This document shows positions 38,416 through 47,509 of a DNA stretch of 64,000 nucleotides, piece by piece. Origin of the DNA: Lysobacterales bacterium. Its GTDB lineage: Bacteria; Pseudomonadota; Gammaproteobacteria; Xanthomonadales; SZUA-5. Each line of letters starts with the position of its first letter. The first letter of the stretch is position 1. The position numbers and the translations under genes are program-made. The DNA lies in assembly GCA_022844165.1 (NCBI GenBank), contig JALHMH010000003.1:32001-96000 (forward strand), written 5' to 3'. The notes beneath the pieces are model-generated. The model saw only the letters and a list, made by a program, of their open reading frames with translations. It was not told where the DNA came from and did no database searches.

Positions 38416-40332
38416 CTACGGCCCGGCGACCGCAACCGGACAGGCGATGGCCGCCACTTCGTCGCCTCGCGGCATACCGGGTACGAGTGCGGCCACACGT
38501 TTCGGACTGCCGTCGATGCGCCAATCGTAGAGCACAGAAAACGCCATCACTCGCGCGACATACTCGCGAGTTTCTTTGTACGGAATGGTCTCGACCCAAA
38601 GATCCCACGGTGGCAGCGGTTCGCCGAGCCAGCGTTTGACGGCGCCAATTCCTGCGTTGTAAGCGGCCGTGGCAAGCACCGGGTTGCCCTCCAGATCGGC
38701 CAGCCGCCGGGCCAGATATGTGGTGCCCAGACGGATGTTGTGATCGCCGTCGTCGAGTGGCTCAACACGGACATTCAGACTCTTTGCGACGGCAGCAGCA
38801 GTGGCCGGCATCAGCTGCATCAAACCGCGTGCGCCGACAGGCGAACGTGCGCCTGCATTCCATGCGCTCTCAGCGCGAATGAGGCCCAAAATCCAGGGTT
38901 TGGAAAGACCCGTGCGAACCGCTGCCCCTGCCACCGTGCGCTGATGTAGCAGCGGAAAACGCGCATCGTACTGGCGCAGATCCGCTTCGCCATTGAGCGT
39001 GAATATCGCCCATTCGTGCAAACCCTCGCGGCTGGCAACGAGTCCCGCTTCGCGCTTCAACTCCGCTGGAAACTTCTGCAGTTGCCAGAACCACTCTGCC
39101 CTGGCGCGGGTGCGATCGCCCAGCGCCAGCCATTCCAGCGAGCGTTGTACGCCGCCTGCACCAAGCACCTTCAGCGCCCGCTCTGTGTCCAGAAGTGGGC
39201 TTAGCGGACAGATCGCATACGGTGTACCAAGTTGATCTGCGGCCAGGAAGCCGTGGAAGTTCGCTTGCGCAGCGGCTTGTTTGAAAGCGGCCTCGGCGGC
39301 CGCCGAATCCCCGAGCAATTGTTGTACGCGCCCTTTGGCGTAAGCCCATCGGGCTTGCCCTGCGAGCGCGGGTGTCATGCCCTCCAGCGCTTCGAGTGCT
39401 GCCGCATAGTCGGTGCGGCGCAGTGCATAGCGGACTTGCCACTCGCGTAGACCGTCGTCCACGGCAGCCTTGGGCACCTTTCGCGACAGGACCAGGGCAT
39501 TGTCGAGCCGCTCGACGAAGGCATAACGTGCGATCTCTGCCAGCGCCAGACCCTTGTCCGCCTCGGTCAACGGGAATCGTGCAGCGATCCGCAGATAACG
39601 CTCGTAGGCCGATGCCGCGCTGCTGCGCGCGAGGCGCGAAACCGCCATCGCAGCGGCGCGCGAATGCGCGGCGTCGGTCGGCCATTTGTTCGCCGCATTC
39701 AGGGCCACCTGGGGGTCGCGCCGCGCCAGGACCAGGCGTTGCGCGCCCAATTTTTCTGCGGCGGGCAATCGTTCTGCCCACAACGCCGCGAGCGGCAGGC
39801 GGTCAGTCTTGATCGCGTCATCGAAGCGCGCACGTATGTCTTGGGGTGCCAGGGCCGCCTGCCGAAGCGGGGGGTCGCAGGCTGCGATGGCACGATCGAT
39901 TCGCGACAGGATGCGCGGTATCAGTGCCGCCGGTGGTTTGCGCTTCAAAGCGCCAAGCGCATTGAATGCCTGGCAATCGGCCTCGACGCTGGCGTTGTCT
40001 TCGCGATAAATCGCGATCAGGTCGGCGTGCCGGTGGACGCGCGCCAACGCGCTGATAAGATCGGCGCGCAGTCGCTCGCCGGGAAGCGTATCGCCATACT
40101 CTGACAGATAGGCTTCGATGCGCTTGAATGGCTTTTTCAGTGGGTCGCGACGCAGGAATTCGTATTGCAAATAGGGAGTGAGTGGATAGCTGACCAGCTC
40201 AGCTCTCGCGCCCACATCGACGCCGCTCTGCGCCTGGCGCCATGCAGCCGTAAAGGCCTTGCGCTCGGGCGTTCGGTCGGCAGCCAGCAACCCACCCGGT
40301 ATCAACAAGAGCAGCATCAAAAAAACGCGCAT
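38416..40332 (-). CDS. slt: Soluble lytic murein transglycosylase (Slt70-like)
   Basis: YPLTPYL N-terminus, IRAESAW, GARGLMQLMP, AYNAG, ETREYV. Confidence 0.9.
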   Translation of the reverse strand: MRVFLMLLLLIPGGLLAADRTPERKAFTAAWRQAQSGVDVGARAELVSYPLTPYLQYEFLRRDPLKKPFKRIEAYLSEYGDTLPGERLRADLISALARVHRHADLIAIYREDNASVEADCQAFNALGALKRKPPAALIPRILSRIDRAIAACDPPLRQAALAPQDIRARFDDAIKTDRLPLAALWAERLPAAEKLGAQRLVLARRDPQVALNAANKWPTDAAHSRAAAMAVSRLARSSAASAYERYLRIAARFPLTEADKGLALAEIARYAFVERLDNALVLSRKVPKAAVDDGLREWQVRYALRRTDYAAALEALEGMTPALAGQARWAYAKGRVQQLLGDSAAAEAAFKQAAAQANFHGFLAADQLGTPYAICPLSPLLDTERALKVLGAGGVQRSLEWLALGDRTRARAEWFWQLQKFPAELKREAGLVASREGLHEWAIFTLNGEADLRQYDARFPLLHQRTVAGAAVRTGLSKPWILGLIRAESAWNAGARSPVGARGLMQLMPATAAAVAKSLNVRVEPLDDGDHNIRLGTTYLARRLADLEGNPVLATAAYNAGIGAVKRWLGEPLPPWDLWVETIPYKETREYVARVMAFSVLYDWRIDGSPKRVAALVPGMPRGDEVAAIACPVAVAGP

Positions 40333-40401
40333 TTCAGGATTTTTTGGGAACGACCGCGCAACACTACCCAAATCCTGCTCAGAATCGCCGATCATCCAAA
40401 C

Positions 40402-40857
40402 ATGAACGTCGCAACGGTTCATCAACACTTTCCACCGCCATCCGGGTTCCCGGAAAAAACTCTGACGGCGTACTTACGCACCCAATACCGGGTTGAGCTG
40501 CCAGGCGGCAGCGCGATTCTGAAGATTGCGCAACCGAACGCGGCGCTGCTGGCAGCCATGCACGAATGGGAATTTGCCGAAGCCTTTTTGATGACCGCGC
40601 ACAACCCTTACAGTCGCCCAACCGCGGCGGCAGAGAATGTGCGGCGACAAAACGCGTTGCTGGCAACCTTGCAAGCGCGCGCCGCCCGATGTTGGTATGG
40701 CACGACCCAGGCACCGGATGCCTGGCCCACCGAACCGTTGGTCATGGTGGCGGGCGTTGAGATCGGTATCGGAATAGATCTGGCGAGACAATTCGAACAG
40801 AATGCGATCGTTGCGGTCGGCCCGACCGCTGTATCACAGCTGGCGTTTGCTGTTTGA
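40402..40857 (+). CDS. DUF3293 domain protein
   Basis: AYLRTQYRV, MTAHNPYS, LARQFEQNAI. Confidence 0.8.
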   Translation: MNVATVHQHFPPPSGFPEKTLTAYLRTQYRVELPGGSAILKIAQPNAALLAAMHEWEFAEAFLMTAHNPYSRPTAAAENVRRQNALLATLQARAARCWYGTTQAPDAWPTEPLVMVAGVEIGIGIDLARQFEQNAIVAVGPTAVSQLAFAV

Positions 40858-40862
40858 ACGTC

Positions 40863-40903
40863 GAAGTCTTGCTCCCGTCCAATCGGGAGCAGCCGGAGAC
40901 TTC
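40863..40903. terminator. Hairpin between convergent genes
   Basis: GAAGTCT..GCTCCCG-tccaat-CGGGAGC..AGACTTC. Confidence 0.5.
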
Positions 40904-40910
40904 GCAGAGA

Positions 40911-41513
40911 TCACGGATCGGCGGGTTCCACTGACACTCTTACACGGAGCTTTTCGCCCGGATCGTATCCGAGGCGCGAAAAGAACACCTCGCCGCGATA
41001 GCGGTATTCGACATCGTAGCCGATGATGCGCCGCTCGTCGTAACCGGATTCCACAACGCGGCAGCGCGTTTCGACCTCGCGATAACTGCTCGGGCGGTTG
41101 TTATTGGCATCCACTTCGCGGCCGACCGCACCGCCAATGACCGCACCGGCAACCGTAGCCGCGCGGCGACCGTCGCCACTGCCCACCGTGTTGCCCAGCG
41201 CGCCGCCGACGATGGCACCGACGATCGTACCCGTCGTGGTGTTCTCGTAGCGACCGCCGGAACGACGCACTTCCGAGTCGTAACACTCCTCGCGTGGTTC
41301 GCTGACGCGCACGGTTTCGTAGATCGGATCGACGCGCAGCACATCGGCATAAACCGTGCGCACATTTTCGTCGGGATATGCCGGCGGCGGGCCATAGTCT
41401 CGCGGTTGTGCCATGGCGCTCGTGGCAAGTCCCAACGACAGCGCAACGGCGAGTCCAGCTTTGCAGCCAGGCCGACATGGAAGAGCTCGATTCATGGAAA
41501 GGAATGAACGCAT
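40911..41513 (-). CDS. Glycine-zipper 2TM protein (YcfJ-like)
   Basis: GTIVGAIVGGALGNTVGSGDGRRAATVAGAVIGG; GYDVEYRY...DPG. Confidence 0.9.
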   Translation of the reverse strand: MRSFLSMNRALPCRPGCKAGLAVALSLGLATSAMAQPRDYGPPPAYPDENVRTVYADVLRVDPIYETVRVSEPREECYDSEVRRSGGRYENTTTGTIVGAIVGGALGNTVGSGDGRRAATVAGAVIGGAVGREVDANNNRPSSYREVETRCRVVESGYDERRIIGYDVEYRYRGEVFFSRLGYDPGEKLRVRVSVEPADP

Positions 41514-41619
41514 CGCGATCTCCGAGGAGCACTTAACAGGCCCATTACATCAGCGGGGGGCTGAATGCATTCTGATGCCCTTCGGTTGTCGTCCGGTACA
41601 GGTCGACGGGTGAATCCAT

Positions 41620-41667
41620 CAGGCTGTGGAGAAACGCACAGTAAGTGCGTTTCTCAACAACCTGCTA
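41620..41667. repeat. Short form (ends plus first hairpin) of the MITE-like repeat, copy C; includes the hutF stop
   Basis: CAGGCTGTGGAGAAACGCAC-agtaa-GTGCGTTTCTCAACAACCTGCTA. Confidence 0.7.
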
Positions 41668-43014
41668 TGGGTTGCGCAGTGTTTCGCAATACGCGGCTTC
41701 GAAAACCTCGCGTTGCGCATGTCGACCATTTTTGATGACACTTCGGCCAGCAACAATCACTGTCTTGAGCGGGCGCCGCGCGGTGGCGAATATCCAGGCC
41801 GGCAGCACATTGTGATCGGTCATGGCGGCAAACGCCGCATCGTCCGGATCGAGTTCGAGGAAATCGGCATCGGCGCCGACCGCGATTCCACCAGCCCCAG
41901 CGCCGCACGCCTGCGCGCCGCCCAGTACCGCCTCCGACCATAGATTAGTGGCGACATCGGGTTTGTCCGCACTCGCCAACTCGTTGCGCCGCCCCGACGC
42001 CAGGCGCGCTTGATATTCGAGCCATCGCAGCTCTTCGCGCGGGTCTAAGCCGACATGGCTATCGGAACCGATGCCAAAACGCCCGCCGAGCCGGCGAAAT
42101 TCACCGATCTCAAACAGACCATCGCCGAGATTGGCTTCGGTAGTCGGGCACAATCCAACCACAGCGCCGCAACGCGATATCGCCTCCAATTCGGTGGATG
42201 ACGCATGCGTGGCGTGCACCAGACAGAAGCGCCGATCGACGGGCGCGATGTCCATCAATCGATCGATCGGATAACGGCCATGCATCACCAGGCAGTCTTC
42301 CAATTCGCGGCGTTGCTCGGCGATGTGGATATGGATCGGGCGATTGCTCAGCTCATCGTGCGCGCACAACGTGGCAATGATCTGGGCATCGACGGCGCGC
42401 AAACTGTGGATGGCGGCGCCCAGGCGGAAACCTTCGTCCCTTGCTGCAAGCGAATCCAGCAAATACAGGTAATCGTCGAGAGCGAAGGCAAAGCGTTGCT
42501 GCCGAGGCGCCAGCGGTTCGTCGCGAAAGCCACCGCGTTGATACAACGTTGGCAGCAGCGTCAATCCAATACCGGCCTCCTGAGCGGCGGCGATGAGCGC
42601 ATCGCTCATGGCACTCATCGGCGCGTAATGATTGCCGTTGGCGCGATGGTGCACATAGTGGAATTCGCACACACGTGTGTAACCGGCCTCCAGCATATCC
42701 GCGTACAACAACCGGGCAATCACGAACAGTCGATCCGGATCGAGTGTCGCGGCCTCGCGGTACATCGCCTCGCGCCAGGTCCAGAAGCTATCGTCGGGCT
42801 TTTCGAAACACTCGGCGCGTCCGGCCATCGCGCGCTGAAACGCATGTGAATGCAGATTCGGCATGCCGGGCAGTACATAACGCCCGAGATGGTCGGCCCC
42901 GGCTCGCGGCGCAGCAGTTTGCACGTCGACGATCACCCCGCGATCGACACCGATTTGCACGTCGCTCTGCCATCGCCCCTGCACCAGCGCAAAATCGGCG
43001 AACCATCGACGCAT
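41665..43014 (-). CDS. hutF: Formimidoylglutamate deiminase
   Basis: PGMPNLHSHAFQR, DSFWTWRE, HSLRAV, HIHIAEQ, CPTTEANLGDG, GSDS. Confidence 0.96.
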   Translation of the reverse strand: MRRWFADFALVQGRWQSDVQIGVDRGVIVDVQTAAPRAGADHLGRYVLPGMPNLHSHAFQRAMAGRAECFEKPDDSFWTWREAMYREAATLDPDRLFVIARLLYADMLEAGYTRVCEFHYVHHRANGNHYAPMSAMSDALIAAAQEAGIGLTLLPTLYQRGGFRDEPLAPRQQRFAFALDDYLYLLDSLAARDEGFRLGAAIHSLRAVDAQIIATLCAHDELSNRPIHIHIAEQRRELEDCLVMHGRYPIDRLMDIAPVDRRFCLVHATHASSTELEAISRCGAVVGLCPTTEANLGDGLFEIGEFRRLGGRFGIGSDSHVGLDPREELRWLEYQARLASGRRNELASADKPDVATNLWSEAVLGGAQACGAGAGGIAVGADADFLELDPDDAAFAAMTDHNVLPAWIFATARRPLKTVIVAGRSVIKNGRHAQREVFEAAYCETLRNP

Positions 43015-43068
43015 AGGTCTTCGCTTGCGAGTTTCGTTGGCCATAATCCTACGCCGAAGGAGGTGACC

Positions 43069-44286
43069 ATGTGGGATCGTTTGATACTCGCGCCAAATGT
43101 CTGGACCGGCGGCGCCAACGCGCGACTTCTGAGTCAGGCAGCGCTCGGGATCGATGCCGGGCGAATCCGTTATGTGGGTCCGGCGAAAGATCTGCCGAAT
43201 GAACCTCAGCGTCTCGCACGCCAGGTCGAACAGCATCGCCAGGGGCTGCTGACGCCGAGTCTGGTCGATTGCCACACGCATCTGGTGTTCGCTGGCGATC
43301 GCAGCGATGAATTCGCGCAGCGTCAGGCCGGTGCCAGTTATGCACAAATTGCGGCGCGCGGTGGCGGCATCCTGGCAACGGTGCGCGCGACACGCGCGGC
43401 GAGCGTCGAACAACTGGTCGAAACTGCCGCCCCGCGCATGCAACAGCTGATTGCCGATGGCGTGGCCGCATTCGACATCAAATCCGGATATGGCCTGGAT
43501 CTGGACAGCGAACGGCGCATGCTGCAAGCGGCACGCGCACTGGGGCGCCGCTTCGGCGTTACTGTTCGCACCAGCTATCTGGCGCTGCACGCGGTGCCGA
43601 ATGATGTGGATCGCGGCCGATACATCGATGCCGCCATCGACTGGCTGCCGACGTTGCATGCGGAAGCGCTGATCGATGCGGTCGATGCTTATCACGAGCA
43701 CCTGGCATTCACCAGCGCAGAAGTCGCCAAGCTGTTCGAATGTGCGGCCTCGTTGGGCGTGCCAGTGCGCCTGCACGCCGATCAGCTCAGTGCGCAGGGT
43801 GGTGCATCCCTGGCAGCGCAGTTCCGGGCGCTATCGGCCGATCATCTGGAATACACCGATGACGCCGGCATCGCCGCGATGGCGGGCGCGGGGACGGTGG
43901 CCGTCATTCTGCCAGCGGCTTTTCTCGTGCTCCGCGAAAAGCAGGCGCCGCCGATCGCGGCCCTGCGCGCGGCGGGCGTACCCATGGCGATCGCCAGCGA
44001 TCTCAATCCTGGCACCTCACCGCTGTTATCGGTGCGTTTGGCGATGGGATTGGCCGTCAATTTGTTCGGCATGACGGTTGATGAGGCCCTGTTGGGCGCA
44101 ACCGCGCACGCATCGCGGGCGCTCGGGCTGGGCACTGACGCCGGCGTTCTGGACGTCGGCGCCCGCGCCGACATCGCTCGCTGGGCGGTCGACCGTCCAG
44201 ATGCACTCGCATATTGGTTGGGCGGCGAACTTTGCCAGGAGACCATCGCTGGCGGCCTGACGGTGTTTCGGCGCAAGGCGCGTTGA
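43069..44286 (+). CDS. hutI: Imidazolonepropionase
   Basis: DCHTHLVF, GGGILATV, IKSGYGL, HADQL, DHLE, DLNPGTSP; GGAGG RBS. Confidence 0.97.
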   Translation: MWDRLILAPNVWTGGANARLLSQAALGIDAGRIRYVGPAKDLPNEPQRLARQVEQHRQGLLTPSLVDCHTHLVFAGDRSDEFAQRQAGASYAQIAARGGGILATVRATRAASVEQLVETAAPRMQQLIADGVAAFDIKSGYGLDLDSERRMLQAARALGRRFGVTVRTSYLALHAVPNDVDRGRYIDAAIDWLPTLHAEALIDAVDAYHEHLAFTSAEVAKLFECAASLGVPVRLHADQLSAQGGASLAAQFRALSADHLEYTDDAGIAAMAGAGTVAVILPAAFLVLREKQAPPIAALRAAGVPMAIASDLNPGTSPLLSVRLAMGLAVNLFGMTVDEALLGATAHASRALGLGTDAGVLDVGARADIARWAVDRPDALAYWLGGELCQETIAGGLTVFRRKAR

Positions 44287-44287
44287 A

Positions 44288-44317
44288 TGACGGGGGCCTG
44301 CGCCTTCTGGCCCGTCA
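44288..44317 (+). terminator. Hairpin directly after hutI
   Basis: TGACGGG...CCCGTCA inverted repeat. Confidence 0.45.
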
Positions 44318-44430
44318 GCGCCGCTGCGGCAGAAAAGGTGCGACACTGCGATGCTCGTCGCATTCGGTCATGAAGTGTGCAGCATCGTCCAACAATTGTA
44401 CGCTATCCTTCCAACTCTTAACGTAATCAG

Positions 44431-44865
44431 TTGCGAAATCGCAACGGATGTGACGTGCTGTTTCATCAAGCCTGTCTGCGAGCGGGGTATCAATTGAAGG
44501 AAGAGACTTGGTCCGGCGAAGGCGAATTATTCCTTCACGGCAGTGGCGTCCGACTCATTGCAATCTCAGGCAGCAACGATGTAAGCATCACCTGCGCTGG
44601 GTCCGTACACGTGATTCTCAAAGGCAGCGTGGACACCGCCGTCTTCGACGTGAACGGTTCGTGCATGCTGGATGCACGACGTCTTCAGGCAAAACGGGTC
44701 AATATCGAAATCGGCGGTAGCGCTGCCGCCCGCGTAAACGCCAGCGAGGAGTTGCGGGTGTGGGCTTTCGGGTCCTCCCGGGTGACCCAGTATGGGGCTG
44801 GGAAAATCGTCAGTTCGCGCACGGAAGGCAGCGCTCGCGTGTTGTCCAGGGATCTTCCCGAATAG
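44431..44865 (+). CDS. GIN (DUF2807) domain fragment, possibly 5'-truncated
   Basis: Repeated V-x-I-x-G-S strands (LKGSVD..VNGSCMLDARRLQA..IGGSAAARVNA..GSSRV); no signal peptide. Confidence 0.5.
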   Translation: MRNRNGCDVLFHQACLRAGYQLKEETWSGEGELFLHGSGVRLIAISGSNDVSITCAGSVHVILKGSVDTAVFDVNGSCMLDARRLQAKRVNIEIGGSAAARVNASEELRVWAFGSSRVTQYGAGKIVSSRTEGSARVLSRDLPE

Positions 44866-45001
44866 CCGTGATTGAAGGGCACCGACTGAATGCCAGCCTG
44901 GCCCGAGACGATGAGACCGCGAAGCACTCGATCACCGATCGAATGGCCAAAGCAGCCAGTATGGCTGCGTAGAACCAACCTACAAAATCTCTGAGGCAGG
45001 A

Positions 45002-47449
45002 ATGGAATCGGCTTTGGCGGTCTTCAGTTTTGCGGCGCGTCGCTTACGGAAAAGGTGGGGAATTACTCTGGTTGTAGTGTTGTCGATCAGCATCGGCGTC
45101 GCCGCCAGCACAACGACACTTGGGTGGGTTCAATCCATTCTTGTCAATCCCCTTCCGACCGTCCCAGACCAGGACCGCATCCTGGCACTCGTCAGCAAGA
45201 CGAATTCCGGTGAGCGTCTGGCCACATCCAACGCCGACTTCCGCGACTTGAAAGAGTCAATGTCGACCCTGACCGGACTTGCCGCCTTTCGCGAAGACTC
45301 TCTGAGCTTTGAGAGAAACGGAAACAGCAGGCGAATCTGGGCGATGTCCGTATCGGGGGGATTCTTCGATGTGCTTGAGATCAGGCCAGTGATCGGCACC
45401 TTCTTCGGATCCGACCCCGCGTCCGTCGACACCACCGGTGGCGCACGCCTTGCGGTCATCAGCTATCGGTTATGGGAGGACGAATTTCTGAGGGATCCAT
45501 CCGTCATCGGGTCAAAGCTATTGCTCAACGGACAAGCGTACACCGTGTCGGGTGTCGCGCCAGCGGGCTTCGATGGGACGGTGGTAGGCCTTGCCTTTGA
45601 TCTTTGGGTTCCGTTGATGCAACGCGACGCATTGCTTGGAGGCGACAACCAATGGCAGGAGGAACGGCGACACCGTTCGCTCAACGTCATCGGCAAGCGA
45701 AGTGGGCTAAGTTCGCTCGAGGATGTTCAAGTGGAACTGGGGGTGGTTGCCGCCAGGCTGGCCCGTGATTATCCAGAACAAAACGTCGGTATCAGCTTTC
45801 AGGCCCTAAAGTTCGCGGATGCGCCATTCGGTGCTCAATCGCTGCTCGCCGATCGGTTGAAACTGATGTATGTCGCCAGCGGTCTTGTGCTTTTGATCGT
45901 CTGCGTCAACCTGATCACGCTCCTTCTGGTACTCACAACGGAACGTCAGCGCGAGTTCGGCGTGCGTTCGGCGCTCGGCGCTACACGCAGCACGATTTTC
46001 CTGCAGGTCCTCGCGGAGGGCGTACTCTTGGGTCTGCTGGCGGCCGCATTGAGCATTCTGGCGGCGCACTATCTTTCGGGTCTGTTGCGCTTTTTTGTAC
46101 CGGATCTGGATCTTCCGATCGCCCTCGAACCCAGGACAGATCGAGTCACCTTGGTCTATGCCCTCGGCGCATCGGTCTGCACTGCCGTGCTCGCCAATTT
46201 TCTGCCAGCAATTCGCGCTTCCAGCATCGATCTCACTCGCGCGCTAACCGACATCACCCGAAGTCAGTCCGTCAGCCGGACTGAGCAACATGTGCAAACG
46301 ACTTTGGTCGTAGCGCAAATTGCCCTTGCTTACATAGCACTCTCCAGTGCCGCGCTGTTCTTAAACGGATACAAATCGCTCACAGAAAGAGATTTGGGAT
46401 TCGAGGCGTCGGGCGTAACGCTCATGGCAACCGCGGCGACTCGTCCCGGACTTGACGCGGCAGCGGTGATTGCATACGCCAACCGGTTACAGACTGGACT
46501 CGTTGAAACGCCCGGCGTTCGATCTGCGGCCTTTGCGGAGTGGGTCCCGATGGGCCTGCACGGTGGCTCCTGGGAGGAGTTGCAGGTGCAAGGGTATTCG
46601 CCAGCGCAGGACGAGAACATGAGGATCCTCAGAAACCTCGTGAGTCCCGCCTATTTCGAGACGATCGGAGTCCCAATTTTGTCGGGACGAGACTTTAGCT
46701 CTCGCGACGTCGGCGAGGCGCCGGCCGTAGCCATCATCAACGAGGAGTTTGCCCGGCGGTTTTTCCGCGGGCGGGATCCGCTGGGTATGCGCCTGATCGG
46801 GTGGGGCCGAGAACTCACGGTGGTGGGGATCGCCCGCGACAGCCGATACACGAAAGCCAATGAACCGCCTCGTCCGTACTTTTATGTCCCGTTTGCGCAA
46901 TTTGCCAATCCTGGGATGTACCCCGTGTTTCACATCTCGTCAGCGATTTCAGCGCGCGAAGCGTCCGAAATGGCCATGTCTGCGTCCCGAAATGCCGGCT
47001 CGGAGATCTATGCCATTTGGACCAAACCGATGTCGAAGTACATCCAGGCTTCGCTTTTCGGCGAAAGAGTAACCGCCATCATCCTTGGCGCACTGGGTGC
47101 TGCGGCCATCTTCATCGCCGCACTGGGCATCTACGGAATGATGGCTTACTCCGTTGCACAAAGAGTGTCCGAAATGGGCACGCGAATGGCACTGGGCGCT
47201 TCGTCGAGGATCGTCCTGGGACTCGTTGCGCGGCGCGGAGCCAGGTTGACCGTGGCAGGCATTGCTACTGGTTTGCTCGGAGCGATCGTAGCCGGGGAAA
47301 AACTGCGAGCACTGATTGGCGGCGTCGTGTCGGAGTTGTGGATTCACGCTGCGGTTGTAACGGCCCTGGCGCTTGTCGCGATGCTCGCGTGCCTGGTGCC
47401 GGGACTGAGAATCGCCCGCCTGCAGCCGGTGGACAGCTTGAAGGGCTGA
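45002..47449 (+). CDS. Duplicated MacB/FtsX ABC permease (ADOP-type)
   Basis: Two FtsX units (RQREFGVRSALGA, RVSEMGTRMALGA), VSGGFFDVL and VSPAYFETIG periplasmic motifs. Confidence 0.9.
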   Translation: MESALAVFSFAARRLRKRWGITLVVVLSISIGVAASTTTLGWVQSILVNPLPTVPDQDRILALVSKTNSGERLATSNADFRDLKESMSTLTGLAAFREDSLSFERNGNSRRIWAMSVSGGFFDVLEIRPVIGTFFGSDPASVDTTGGARLAVISYRLWEDEFLRDPSVIGSKLLLNGQAYTVSGVAPAGFDGTVVGLAFDLWVPLMQRDALLGGDNQWQEERRHRSLNVIGKRSGLSSLEDVQVELGVVAARLARDYPEQNVGISFQALKFADAPFGAQSLLADRLKLMYVASGLVLLIVCVNLITLLLVLTTERQREFGVRSALGATRSTIFLQVLAEGVLLGLLAAALSILAAHYLSGLLRFFVPDLDLPIALEPRTDRVTLVYALGASVCTAVLANFLPAIRASSIDLTRALTDITRSQSVSRTEQHVQTTLVVAQIALAYIALSSAALFLNGYKSLTERDLGFEASGVTLMATAATRPGLDAAAVIAYANRLQTGLVETPGVRSAAFAEWVPMGLHGGSWEELQVQGYSPAQDENMRILRNLVSPAYFETIGVPILSGRDFSSRDVGEAPAVAIINEEFARRFFRGRDPLGMRLIGWGRELTVVGIARDSRYTKANEPPRPYFYVPFAQFANPGMYPVFHISSAISAREASEMAMSASRNAGSEIYAIWTKPMSKYIQASLFGERVTAIILGALGAAAIFIAALGIYGMMAYSVAQRVSEMGTRMALGASSRIVLGLVARRGARLTVAGIATGLLGAIVAGEKLRALIGGVVSELWIHAAVVTALALVAMLACLVPGLRIARLQPVDSLKG

Positions 47450-47509
47450 CTTGTGGCGAATCGTGTCCTAAGCATCGGCATCTCAAAAATCGACACTCAA
47501 GGATCTCCA

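Noticed and set aside
41560-41578. Direct repeat GCATCAG/GCATTCAG upstream of the glycine-zipper gene as an OmpR-family box
   Set aside because: Too short and degenerate to support without comparative data
41665-43776. 703-aa ORF suggesting a HutF fusion
   Set aside because: The extra N-terminal part is the antisense of hutI; HutF homology starts at 43014
44713-44724. ops-like GGCGGTAGCGCT upstream of the biosynthetic cluster
   Set aside because: Lacks the terminal TG, is explained by Gly-Gly-Ser-Ala codons in the GIN ORF, and no RfaH/NusG paralogue is visible
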